Shown here: positions 36,775 to 49,099 of the stretch, piece by piece
Position numbering within the stretch: position 1 is the first letter of the stretch
Layout: the number at the start of each line of letters is the position of its first letter
Source: Pristiophorus japonicus
Lineage: Eukaryota
NCBI RefSeq assembly: GCF_044704955.1
Contig: NC_091992.1
Span: 117,676,001-117,740,000 of the forward strand
DNA length: 64,000 nucleotides
Reading direction: 5' to 3'
Position numbers and translations under genes: made by a program
Notes under the pieces: generated by a model
Seen by the model: the letters and a program-made list of their open reading frames with translations, nothing else
Databases searched by the model: none
Told to the model about the DNA's origin: nothing

Positions 36775-37820
36775 TAGACATCTAGAAGCCAAAATATAAT
36801 AATGAATAGTCAGCATGGATTTCAAATGGGAAAGTCTTTCTTGACCAACGTCATTGAATTTTTGGAAGAGGTAACAGAGAGAATAGATGAGGGTAATGCA
36901 GTAGATGTAATTTATCTAGATTTTCGAAAGGCCTTCAATAAGGTACCACATAATAGACTAATGAATAAGGTCAGAGAAGACAATAAACTTGCAGAATGAG
37001 CATATAACTGGCAATTGAAATTCAACACAGATGAGGTATTACATTTTGGTAGGAAGAATAGGGAGGTCACTTATTACTTGGAGGATGTGAGTCTGGGTGG
37101 GATAGAGGAGCAAAGGGATCTCGGAGTACAAATACACCAATCACTAAAAGTAGCGACACAGGTCATAAAAAGCAAACCAGGCAATAGGGTTTATTTCTAA
37201 ATGGATAGTATTTGAAAGTGGTGAAATTATGCTAAACTTGCATTGAACCTTGGTTAGACCACATTTGAAGTACAGCGCATAATTCTGGTCGCCATATTAT
37301 AAAAAGGATATAGAGGAACTGGAGAGTGCGCAGAGAAGATTTACAAGGATGGTACCAGAAATGCGAGGGTATACATATCAGGAAAGGATGAACAGGCTGG
37401 GTCTCTTTTCGCTTGAAAAAAAGAAGGCTGAGGGGTGACCTAATTGGGGTTCTTAACATTATGAAAGGTTTTGATAGAGTTGATACAGAGAGAGTGTTTT
37501 CACTTGTGGGGAAGAGCATAACGAGAGACCATTACTATAAGATAGGCACCAAGAAATGAAATAGGGAATTCAGAAGAAACTTCTTTACCCAAAGTGGTGA
37601 GAATGTGGAACTCACTATCACAGGGAGTATTTGAGGCAAATAGTATCGATGCATTTAAGGGGAGGCTAGCTGAGCATATGAGGGAGAAGGGAATAGAGGG
37701 TTATGCTGACAGAGTTAGATGAGGAAAGACAGGAGAAGGCTTGAGTGAAGCATAAACGGCGGTATGGACTGGTTGGGTCGAGTGGCCTGTTTCTGTGCTG
37801 TATATACAATGTAATCTAAG
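36775..37820 (+). mobile_element. CR1 LINE with internal deletion
   Basis: SQHGFQMGKSFLTNVIEF...VDVIYLDFRKAFNKVPH. Jumps at 36978 from GTCAGAGAA to AATAAACTTGCAG, roughly 270 bp missing relative to the 23087 copy. Confidence 0.93.
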
Positions 37821-37827
37821 ATGACAT

Positions 37828-38372
37828 AACAAGATCCTACAAATCCCCTGGGAGGACAGACGCACCAACATTAGCGTCCTCGACCAGGCCAACATCCCTA
37901 GCATTGAAGCACTGACCACACCTGATCAGCTCTGCTGGGCTGGCCACATTGTCCGCATGCCAGACACGCGACTCCCAAAGCAAGCGCTCTACTTGGAACT
38001 CCTTCATGGCAAACGAGCCAAAGGTGGGCAGAGGAAATGTTGCAAGGACATCCTCAAAGCCTCCCTGATAAAGTGCAACATCCCCACTGACACCTGGGAG
38101 TCCCTGGCCCAAGACCGCCCTAAGTGGAGAAAGTGCATCCGGGAGGGCGCTGAGCACCTCGAGTCTCATCGGCGAGAGCATGCAGAAATCAAGCGCAGGC
38201 AGCGGAAAGAGCATGCGGCAAACCTGTCCCACCCTCCCTTACCCTCAACAACTATCTGTCCCACTTGTGACAGCGACTGTGGTTCTCGTATTGGACTGTT
38301 CAGCCACCTAAGGACTCATTTTAAGAGTGAAGCAAGTCTTCCTCGATGCCGAGGGATTGCCTATGATGACTA
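37828..38372 (+). mobile_element. RTE LINE 3' fragment inserted at the CR1 tail
   Basis: MPDTRLPKQALYLELLHGKR...CPTCDSDCGSRIGLFSHLRTH. The CR1 tail motif ATGTAATC occurs on both sides. Confidence 0.93.
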
Positions 38373-39635
38373 TGTAATCCTATATAGTGTATATACGATT
38401 AGCAAATGAGATCTTAAAAAACTTCTTGTCTAATTTTTCTTTTTGAGATGCCAGCCATTTAACAACTAATAGCAGTAATCGATAGCTCTAAAAGAAACTA
38501 TAATATCTGCAAAAATGTTTTCTATAAATTTTTACTGAGCATTCTAAAATTGGACAGAGCTACAAAATATTATTTGATTCATATTCATAGGAGAAAAGGT
38601 AATCCAAGCAGTCGTGGTCTATTTTAGATTTGGCTGCAGAAAAGCTGCTGTGTAAAGGTTTAATGAAATATGAATTTCTTGTAACTAATCAAATGGGAGC
38701 ACTCTTAACATCAGCTTAATTTTAGTGGTGAAAAACATTCATCACAAAGATGCCAATTAAAAGTTAAACCCAATTATCAACCACAGACAAGTGGAAAGCA
38801 AGAAATTCAAAATTGAATGCTTCTGCAGCCTGCCATCTGATCTTAAGGTTAAGACTATATTATTCAGTGAGTCAAGTAAAGTGCTAGGCTGGGTTGTATT
38901 TGGACTTTAATCAACTCAGTGGCGCTGTGTGTTTAAGTACTAATATATTGTCTTCTGTTTTGAATGTTGTATTTGCCAACATAAACTTAAAAAATGGAAA
39001 CTGCTGAATTATTCTGTTTGGCTTGACCTAGTTGACACAGCAGTGGCAGGACGTGGGTTTGTGCCCATGATTTTCCATATGTTGATTTCCTGAGTTAAAT
39101 TAGGGTGCGTTGGACAGAGGGGCGGAGGGGAGGGGGGTTGCTGGGGGTTAAAGGAGGTGAGGAGAGAGTTTCAGTCACGTCCCTGCACAGACAGGGAAAA
39201 CTATGGGATGAATTGCCAACGAGCAACTGGTTGAAGAGCATTGTATTGGAGCCAGGAGGCAGGTTGCTTAGCTGCCTTCCCAGTGAAGGCAATTGGAGAA
39301 TGGTGCACAGTGAGGGAACCTCAAGAGGAGGGAACTGATGGACTAAATATTGTGGAAAAAGCATAAAGTAAATGAGAACCAAAAGAATCCAAGGGGCAGA
39401 TTCTAATTTTCACTATTGATTTAGATGCTTTGGCTATGGCCCCTCATTCGGTAAGATCTGAGTTAGAGTTACATCTAACATCTGTCGGAACGTGTTCAGA
39501 TGAAAGGTGCAAAAAAAATTGATGTCGGGTTTGCTCATACCTGTTTATTCATTACAAGTAGGAATGGATTCTGTTTGATTTAGTTCTAATCCTCCCCAAT
39601 TTATTAGCACAGTAGAATTTGCAGATGGACACAAA

Positions 39636-39817
39636 GGAGGTCAAATTGAACTTTAGCGAGGGTGCAAAATGAGTGGCAGGTCAGCTACCTGTTATTGAGT
39701 TCACCCAATTGACCTTTATACTGAAGTCACTGAAAGGTAAAATCAAGCGGGGTGGACTACGGATGGCCAATCCGCTATCGCCTATTTTGGGCCCCACCAA
39801 AGTTGAATTTCACTCCC
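39636..39817. mobile_element. Short old palindromic MITE
   Basis: GGAGGTCAAATTGAACTTT versus reverse complement of the right end, GGGAGTGAAATTCAACTTT. Confidence 0.5.
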
Positions 39818-40674
39818 AAGATCTAGTATTCAGGAATAAGAAGGCATAAATATAATCCATTAATGTTGTTTGGAAATAATTTTTCATGCTCAACTCTTTT
39901 AGCCATCAAACAGTGACATTCATCTCTTAGCTGTGACTTGGGTGTGAACAAATTCTTAATTTTATACATCATGTAAATTTTCTAAGTAATTGCTTAAACC
40001 AATATATAGCACCCACAGAAGCAAGCCACGTGTATATAGTGCGGGAAGAGAAATTGGGCAGTCAATAATTGGGGCTACTTATGCAACTCTTCATGATTGG
40101 TTATAGATTGTCATCAACAAATGTCAGGGAAAGTGTCCTCTCCGCTTGGGGAAATGCATGGTTGAGGGTGTGTTTAAGGTAAAAAGATAAAATGAAAAAC
40201 TGTACAATATTATTTTCCATATACCAATGAACAGTGGCATTGAATTAATGCAAATCTGCTTATCTTGAAATCATAGTCATCTAAAGCATTTGATTAAAAT
40301 ACAGCTCATAAATACAGTTGTTTTTATACTCGTCATTTTCCGATGGTGTTGCACGTGGAGAATCAAGACCAAGTGTAGTCTTTAAGTGAAGTGGGGTTAG
40401 AGGACCAAGGGAAGAAGACATAATTCTATCCCTCTTTTTATAAATCAATCTTCATATTTTATAAATAATACTTTGATTTAATATTATTTGCAATTAAATC
40501 GGAAAACCTACGGCAATTTGGGAAGCAGAGTTGTAATGTTGGTTGAAACAGAGGAGTTGAAAGATACAAAACTGAGGCACTACAATGCCACCATTAGCAG
40601 GATGTTGTAATTACAGTGTGAGAAGTTTACATAGGCATTTTTCATTATAAATGTGGAAATGGTATTTTTTTCTG

Positions 40675-40962
40675 TTTTTGTTATGTTGATTAGGGATAAA
40701 TATTGGCCAGGACACCGGGGATAACTCCCCTGCTCTTCTTTGAAAATTTTGCCATGGGATCTTTTACGTCCACCTGAGAGAGTAGATGGGGCCTTAGTTT
40801 AACGTCTCATCTGATAGATGGCACCTGCAACAACACAGCGCTCCCTCAGCATTGCACTGGAGTGTCAGCTAGATTTTGTGCTCAAGTCCCTGGAGTGGGA
40901 CTTGAATCCACAACCTTCTGACTCGGAGGCGAGAGTGCTGCCCACTGAGCCACAGCTGACAC
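40675..40962 (-). mobile_element. Deu-domain SINE, 5' two-thirds
   Basis: Colinear with the head and core of 26982-27451. Confidence 0.88.
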
Positions 40963-40974
40963 AAGGCAGGGAAG

Positions 40975-41140
40975 GCATGGTTAATGTTTCCGCTCCCTGA
41001 CTTTTCGTCGGAACCCACCTGAAACATTAATCCAGCTATCCTCTCTCCACAGATGCTGCCTAACCTGCTGAGTAGTTCCAGCAATTTTTTGTTTTTATAT
41101 CAGATTTCCAGCATCTGCAGTCTTTTGCTTTTTGTTTAAT
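40975..41140. mobile_element. Penelope-like terminal repeat, inverted pair
   Basis: Minus GTTCCGACGAAAAG...GGAAACATTAAC abuts plus ACCTGAAACATTAA...CACAGATGCTGCCTAACCTGCTGAGT...CCAGCATCTGCAG. Confidence 0.55.
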
Positions 41141-44100
41141 TTTATTGGCTTCGCTTCATCTTATTTTTAAGTCTCGTCCCACTGCTGCTTAGATTCCCTT
41201 GTGCTGTGCAGTGTTTTCCAGCCAAGAAAGAGGCAGGGAGACTTGCTTTCAGCTTCTGCTAATTCTGGTTTTGAGTTGGCCACCATGAGGTGAATGAGAG
41301 CAATCGGGAATTCGAACTTGCTAATTTTTAAATTGCTTCCTTTCTCTCCTTTCCTGTTTAAAGTGTTTGGCCTCTACTCAGCATCATCTCTTGGGCTGAA
41401 GCTGAGATTAACAGCTTGTCATGGAGGAGAAACCATGGGTGCACAGTGCATCAAGATACGAATGCAATGTTTCACCATGCCACCCTAACGCGTCACTATA
41501 TAATTATGAAATGATATGTCTTTCTTCAAGCTAGTGAAAATGGGCTTTACGAGCAGTAAAGGTAAGTTCACAATGAATTCAATCAAGAAATCTAATGCCT
41601 CATTGAGACTTTAAGGACCTGTTCAGGATTTTGGCTAGCTTGAAAATGGCTTACTTGTAGTTCTGTTAGTTAGTTACAAGCTGTTTCAGCTCACTTTCTA
41701 AATAAGAAACCGGTGTGGAAATAATGAACTAGCGATATAATTTTCTGTTCCAGAAAATTCTTTCACACACAAAGCAAGAACACAAAATTAAATGAATCTC
41801 TTGTTGTACAGCTCAGATCACTTTAAAGGCTTTGTGTACATCTCCAACCATGTTCCAAGGTGATTTCTGTTCAAAATCAGTTCTCTCTTAATAGTCAGTG
41901 TTGAAAAAAATCGGCAAAGGGAGCGACCATTAATATAGAGATGGAGTGATTTAGAACGAGGGAATCCCTGTTCTTGGTCAATTGCCTGTAAATACATTTC
42001 CATATCTTTCATCTAGAAATTGGCATGCAATATGGTCACATCAGAATTGGGGGCTTGTGCTATAAAGCTGGCTAATGGATCCAATTTGAAAAAGATCATG
42101 CACGCACATTGTGTCGTAATATCTGTAGCGAAATTTTTGAACTATAGATGACAACGCAAATGGTTTATGTCAACTCAACTAGAAAAAGCTTGTGAAACAT
42201 TAATGTGCGTTTATGGTAAAATATACAGTGTAAGTTGCACTTGTACAAATAAAAATACCCAATTATAAGGCAGCGATGTATTGAATTTTATAACATTTTG
42301 AATTTTATTTTATGTTTACAATCTTTGCTATTTTGGGGTTTATGCTTCCATGAGCTGTACATCTAATCATGTATAGGAATGCATGATCTATCCTAATTTT
42401 TTTTGGTGCAAATACCATTAACAAAAACTAATGTGTTCAGTTTGTGTACCAGCTGTCACTGTAGAACAGCATGCCTACTACAAACGAGATATCTTAGTTA
42501 TAGAAGGATGCACAGTCCATTGTGCAAAGAACTTTTATCATCTGGGACTGTGGGATATGTGATTTGTAATTAAATCCTTGTATCTGAAACACTACTCAAG
42601 CCTTGGTTAGCATGAACTTCCCTCGATAGGCTAAGGGAGGGTTCATTTCTTAGTAATTTGGTTCATATTTAAAATGTATACAGTTGAGAGCTAAGTGTGA
42701 TCGATGGTAATCGTAGTCACTTTTACGTGAAACAGATGATTTGAGTATTGAAGTGCTTGTCACGTTTTAATGATGAATAATCTGTCCTGACATATTCTTA
42801 GTTATGTAGACGAAATCATGTAGAAGTGAACTCGTTCAAGGATTAACGTCAGAAAACTTTAGAATTTTGTGCCAAATTTATTTGCCAAGTTGTAATTATT
42901 TCCATACTACGCCACAAAGCCTTTTCCATCTGTGTGTTTGAGCTAAACTACCTATTTTGCAGTTGGTCTCCAAGGTTTTGATTTTTTTCAACCATACTGT
43001 TGGCATGAACTTGCTTTTATCGTCTGAAGTGAATGTTCCTGCAGTAAACCTTCTGTTTCAACATTGTAATGTACTTGTCTTCTTGTACTCCTGCATATTT
43101 GGCTCCTATATCCTGGTTAACCAATGATATGTACGTAAATCAATTACAATTTAGTGCATACTAATAGGGGAGTGTTGTAAAATCAAGTAGTGTTATAAGG
43201 TTCTGCAAATACTTAATTTATTGGGTTGTGCTGAAACATGCCAACCAGCCAACTAATCTGCTAGCCAATGCAACTTGTATGTTGTCTGTACGTATATTGC
43301 AGGCAATCCTTTCATTTGGTGAAATGCCCAACTGCTCTTTGTCTGTTCCAGTGCATTATTTTCTTGTCAATTCTCTTCTCTCTCTGTTCCTGTCCTCTCC
43401 GAAAGGCACTGCAACTTAATTCGTTAGCACCCCAAACTGAGCGTGATTCCAGGGGTGTGGATTGACGGCATGCCCCAAATCCCAAGCTAAATTCGTCCTT
43501 GGACCTCACCATCCTAACTCAGGCGAGCTGCGGAAGCCATTCAGGTGCCCTGGCACTGCTTGCCTGTTGGGGCCTAATACATTTTGCCAAGCCCGAAGGC
43601 CCACAGGTAAGTCTGGGGCGAGGGGGAGAGGGGATTGGATGTCGTGTGCATGTGTCAGCAGTGACCTGCAGTTTTGTTGAGCCAGGAGGAGCACACCTGC
43701 ACGAAGATTACTAATATTAAAATAATGCCTGCACTTGCATAAAATGGCCTCCAAGGATGCTTAAGAAAGGGGCTTGACCAATTTAGCAGTGGCTTGAACA
43801 CCTGTGCAGATCAACACCTTGGAGACCAACTTCAAAATAGGCAGTGTAAAGGTAGAATGTTTTGACCAGGCTTTAGAGACAGAAGAGGATCGTCTCACAC
43901 TGCTTGGATTCAACAGATGTGTGTAGTTCGATTACCTCATGCTTATATCACTTATGCCATTTAACCATCTTGTTTTCCATTTAAGGCCAATACAAGAATT
44001 TCCTTTCCTGTGTGTGTTTGTGTTCACTGCCCTTTGCCCTTCCCTTCTGTTCCTTTTTATATGCTATTCCTCTCGACTATCTGCTAGTTCTGATGGAGAG

Positions 44101-44294
44101 TGCAAGCTTGAAACATGAACTTGTCTGTTCCCACCACAAAGAATCAAAATGTAGAATCTTTCATTCTTACTAATACTCCATATTGTCTGAATAAAGATAT
44201 TTTAATTGCTACTGCAAGTACCAAAGGCTCATCACACTGTTGCCCATCTCTGGCACTATAAGGCTGATGTTCTAAGGATTGCAATTGATTCTTT

Positions 44295-45922
44295 TTGTTT
44301 CATTCTCGGGATGTGGGCATCGCTGGCAAGGCCGGTATTTATTGCTCATCCCAAAAGTTGCCCTGAGTAGGAGGTGGTGGGCCTTCTTGAATTGCTGGTG
44401 ATGGTTTGATACAACTGAGTTGCTTGCTAAGCCACTTACAACATAAGAACATAAGAACATAAGAAATAGGAACAGGAGTAGACCATTCGGCTCCTCGAGC
44501 CTGCTCCGCCATTCAATAAGATCATGGCTGATCTGATCATGGACTCGGCTCCACTTCCCCGCCCGCTCCCCATAAACCCTTATCGCTCAAGAAACTGTCT
44601 ATTTCATTCTTAAATTTATTCTGTCCTAGCTTCCACAGCTCTCTGAGGCAACAAATTCCACAGATTTACAACCCTCTGAGAGAAGAAATTTCTCCTCATC
44701 TCTGTTTTAAATGAGACGGCCCCTTATTCTAAGATCATGCCCTCTAGTTCTAGTCTCCCCCATCAGTGGAAACATCCTCTCTGCATCCATCTTGTCAAGG
44801 CCCCTTCATAATCTTATACGTTTCAATAAGATCACCTCTCATTCTTCTGAATTTCAATGAGTAGAGGCCCAACCTACCCAACCTTTCCTCATAACTCAAC
44901 CCCCTCATCCCTGGAATCAACCTCGTGAACATTCTCTGAACTGCCTCCAAAGTAAGTATATCCTTTAGTAAATATGGAAATCAAAACTGCACGCAGTATT
45001 CCAGGTGTGGCCTCACCAATACCTTGTATAGCTGTAACAAGACTTCCCTGCTTTTATACTCCATCCCCTTTGCAATAAAGGCCAAGATATCATTGGCCTT
45101 CCTGATCCCTTGCTGTATCTGCATACTATCCTTTTGCGTTTCATGCACAAGTACCCCCAGGTCCCGCTGTACTGCAGCACTTTGCAATCTTTCTCCATTT
45201 AAATAATAACTTGTTCTTTGATTTCTTTTCTGCCAAAGTGCATGACCTCACACTTTCCAACATTATACTCCAACTGCCAAATTTTTGTCCACTCACTTAG
45301 CCTGTCTGTGTCCTTTTGCAGATTTTTTGTGTCCTCCTCACACATTGCTTTTCCTCCCATCTTTGTATCGTCAGCAAACTTGGCTACATTACACTCAGTC
45401 CCTTCTTCCAAGTTGTTAATATAGATTGTAAATAGTTGGGGTCCCAGCACTGATCTCTGCGGCACCCCACTAGTTATGGGTTGCCAACCAGAGAATGATC
45501 CATTTATCCCGACTCTCTGTTCTCTGTTAGTTAGCCAATCCTCTATCCAAACTAATATATTACCTTCAACCCCGTAAACTTTTTACCTTGTGCAGTAACC
45601 TTTTATGTGGCACCTTGTCAAATGCCTTCTAAAAATCCAAATACACCACATCCACTGGTTCCCCTTTATCCACCCTGTTCATTACATCCTCAAAGAACTC
45701 CAGAGGGTAGTTAAGAGTCAACCACATTGGTGTGTGACTGGAGTCACATATAGGCCAGACAAGGTAAGGACGACAAGTTTCCTTCTTTAAAGGATATTTG
45801 TAAACCAGTTATATTTTTTACGACAATTCGGCAGCTCCGTGATCACTTTTACTCATGCCGGATTATAGTGCAGGCCTCTAGTTTACTAGTCCAATAACAC
45901 AACCCACACATTACCGTACCCC
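44295..45922 (-). mobile_element. tRNA-derived SINE with the 29545-type LINE tail, split by a CR1 (halves 45701-45922 and 44295-44440)
   Basis: Minus head GGGTACGGTAATGTGTGGGTTGTGTTATTGGACTAGTAAA (tRNA-like). Tail TTCAAGAAGGCCCACCACC...GGGATGAGCAATAAAT. Confidence 0.65.
44440..45700 (-). mobile_element. CR1 LINE (RT to 3' end)
   Basis: PQRSVLGPQLFTIYINNL...KFADDTK; QRDLGVLV; RPHLEYCVQF; (ACATAAGA)3 tail. Confidence 0.95.
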
Positions 45923-45974
45923 TACATTCAATGGGGAATAGATAATCATCCAATAACATAACCACTACATTACC

Positions 45975-47554
45975 ATATTTTTGGGGGCATCCAAAACGGA
46001 GGAGGATGCTCCATAGACCCTCGCGGTTGATAGTGTCAAAGGCCTTTGTAAGGTCAAAGGCGGCCATGTATAAGGGCTGCCGCTGCTCCCTGCATTTTTC
46101 CTGCAGCTGTCGCGTTGCAAAAATCATGTCCGTTGTGCCCCGGAGGGGACAAAATCTGCACTGCGACTCCGGGAGGAGCTCTCGGCCACGCGGAGAAGAC
46201 GGTTGAGGAGGATTCTAGCGACGACTTTCCCAGTGGCTGATAGCAGGGAGATTCCTCTGTAGTTGCCGCAGTCGACCATAGTCCTCCGCCTGCTCCACAA
46301 CGACATGCAGGCCGTTATCCTTACCAATGGATCCATCACAGACCCAATCCATGTCCAGGCCGGGGTCAAGCAGGGCTGCGTCATCGCCCCAACCCTCTTC
46401 TCAATCTTCCTCGCTGCCACGCTCCACCTCACAGTTCACAAGCTCTCCGCTGGAGTAGAACTAAACTACAGAACCAGTGGGAAGCTGTTCAACCTTTGCC
46501 GTCTCCAGGCCAGGCCCAAGACCACTCCAATCTCTGTCGTCGAGCTACAGTATGCGGACGATGCCTGTGTCTGTGCACACATAGAGGCTGAATTCCAGGA
46601 CATAGTCGACATATTTACCGAGGCGTATGAAAGCATGGGCTTTACACTAAGCATCAGTAAGACAAAGGTCCTCCACCAGCCTGTCCTCGCCGCACAGCAC
46701 TGCCCCCCCCCCCAGACATCAAGATCCACGGCGTGGCCCTGGACAATGTGGACCATTTCCCTTATCTCAGGAGCCTCCTATCAACAAGAGCAGGCATTGA
46801 CGACGAGATCCAACACTGCCTCCAGTGCGCCAGTGCAGCCTTCAGCCGCCTGAGGAAAAGAGTGTTTGAAGACCAGGCCCTCAAAACTGTCACCAAGCTC
46901 ATGGTCTACAGGGCCATAGTAATACCTGCCCTCCTGTATGGCTCAGAGATGTGGACCATGTACAGTAGACACCTCAAGTCGCTGGAGAAATACCTCCAAC
47001 GTGCCTCTGCAAGATCCTACAAATCCCCTGGGAGGACAGATGCACCAACATTAATGTCCTCGTCCAGGCAAACATCCCCAGCATTGAAGCACTGACCACA
47101 TTTGATCAGCTCTGCTGGGCAGGCCACATAGTTCACATGCCAGACACGAGACACCCCAAGCAAGTGCTCTACTCGGAACTCGTCCACGGCAAACGAGCCA
47201 AAGACGGGCAGAGAAAATGTTACAAGGACACCCTCAAAGCCTCCCTGATAAAGTGCAACATCCCCACTGACACCTGGGAGTCCCTGGCCAAAGACCGCCC
47301 TAAGTGGAGGAAGTGCATCCGGGAGGGCGCTGAGCTCCTCGAGTATCGCCGCCGAGAGCATGCAGAAATCAAGCACAAGCAGTGGAAGGAGCGTGCGGCA
47401 AACCAGGCTCCCTGCCCACCCTTTCCCTCAACCACTGTCTTGTCCCACCTGTGACAGAGACTGTGGTTCTCGTATTGGACTGTACAGTCACCTAAGAACT
47501 CATGCCAAGAGTGGAAGCAAGTCTTCCTTGATCCCAAGGGAGCCTATAATGATG
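45975..47554 (+). mobile_element. RTE LINE with inverted 5' segment (45975-46272 on -) and 43-bp TSD
   Basis: Minus: DCGNYRGISLLSATGKVVARILLNRL and QLQEKCREQ...FDLTKAFDTINREGLW...GCPQK. Plus: LRLLHNDM...GVKQGCVIAPTLF...YADD. TSD 45908-45950 and 47555-47597. Confidence 0.95.
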
Positions 47555-48835
47555 ACATTACCGTACCCCTACATTCAATGGGAAATAGATAATCATCGAA
47601 AGGTCAAAGAAAAAGTACTTGGTATTGACAACAGATATTTTTGATGCCCTGCGATAGCAGAATGCAACAATATCAAGGTGGATATTTTAGCGAGAAGGAG
47701 GTTTATGTTCAGTTACTTTTGAATGGAAATCTATAGAGAACACGTAAAAAAAAAATCAGTTTTGTCCATATAAACATTTGCTGAAATTTCCAAACGCTTT
47801 GGCATGACTCTTTAGTTTGGCTTGATAAGCCATTTGACTGTGTTGTTGAGGGAATTGAATTGATCAGTACAAAGTTTCCTTTGACTGATTCAGAGCATTA
47901 TTTTAATTGAGTGGGTATTGCTTAGCATTGACCAGAGTGGTAGAACAGCCCAGTGTGCTACACTGCACCTCCAATGTCATTTATTCGAGAGCTTCCCCAT
48001 TGAGTCAATAGGTGATATTGACCTAATGATCACCCGAATGATCTTACTACTTTTAAAAAATGATGCTGTGAGTTGCTTAGTCAACACCGGTAAATGATTC
48101 CTGCTCATTCGTTTTACTAGTTGCATCATTTCACATGGATGATGCATATTTTCACGACAATTTTGCATTGCAAATTTGTCTATCATTAAGTCTTCAATAT
48201 TTTTCTTGTAATTTCTCATTCTATTGGGTGAAATAAGCTTGGCATTATATGTTGTATGATTTGAAATTTAAATGGGTTAATAGGACTTTATCGGCACATT
48301 TGGAAAGTTTGCTTATCTCCAGAATAGCCTGTACTATTCAAGGTTTCTGATTTGGCTGCTCGGGGAAGGTCACTTAGCTGGAGCACACATTGTTGGGAAC
48401 CGCTGCTGTGTGCTGTGACTTTTTAAGTGCATTTCTAGTTTTTTTTTTAAGAACTTGCAGCTGCTGCTGTGATGGTTTCACTCATCATGCTGCATTGCAC
48501 TCCCTTGTATACAAATGTGCCTTAAAAGGCAACTTATCAGGAGGATAGTGTCTCCTTGAAATAACTGTTTGATTCAGATGTGCCTCTGTCACGTTTTCTA
48601 CCTGGACTGTCCTAAACAGCTATCCAGATAGAGATTAGTTTAAATTCTCCGAGTTTCTTTTGCAGCAGCTCAAGCTTGTTTTGTGTTCAGCTATTGCACA
48701 CTGTACTTGTGATGCTGCCTGTACCTTTGCTTGCTCACCTTACAGATCAAAAGTGTCGTTAGTAAGTATATGGGAGGCACAGATAGCGTATCTGTCACAA
48801 GTCAAATGAGCAGGAGCTGAAAGCAAAATGATTCC

Positions 48836-49099
48836 TGTACTGTATGTACCTGTAGCTATGCTCACAGGTTTGTAGAGCTGTTGCATTGTGAGTGGCTTAG
48901 CCAAGTCACAAGACTCAATAAAACCCCAGCCAGTTGGGTCTAGGTCATCCACGATGAGGTATGCAGTTGTGAGCCTCATGGATGAACTGATAATGTGTAG
49001 TGTGATTGTTAAACCTTTGTTAATAAACCAACTAGTTCTTAATAGCAATGAGTTGCTATGAATTCTTAAGCAAAGAACCCATGAAGCAAATACATTACA
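48836..49099 (+). mobile_element. Solo LTR
   Basis: TGTACTGTA...TACATTACA termini, two AATAAA, 5-bp TSD ATTCC (48831-48835, 49100-49104). Confidence 0.85.

Larger units (their letters stand above)
35834..39040 (+). repeat. Dispersed ~100-bp direct repeat pair (35834-35929 and 38945-39040)
   Basis: ATATTGTCTTCTGTTT..AATGTT..ATTT.CCAAC.TAAACT.AAAATGGAAA...ATTATTCTGTTT in both copies. Confidence 0.8.

Noticed and set aside
41531-41567. Small exon ending AAG|GTAAGT
   Set aside because: Good donor but ambiguous acceptor and no recognisable peptide. Such motifs are expected by chance in 64 kb.
43417-43755. GC-rich block as a defined MITE or CpG-island promoter
   Set aside because: Resembles MITE interiors, but I could not find matching TIRs, so it is not listed as a feature.
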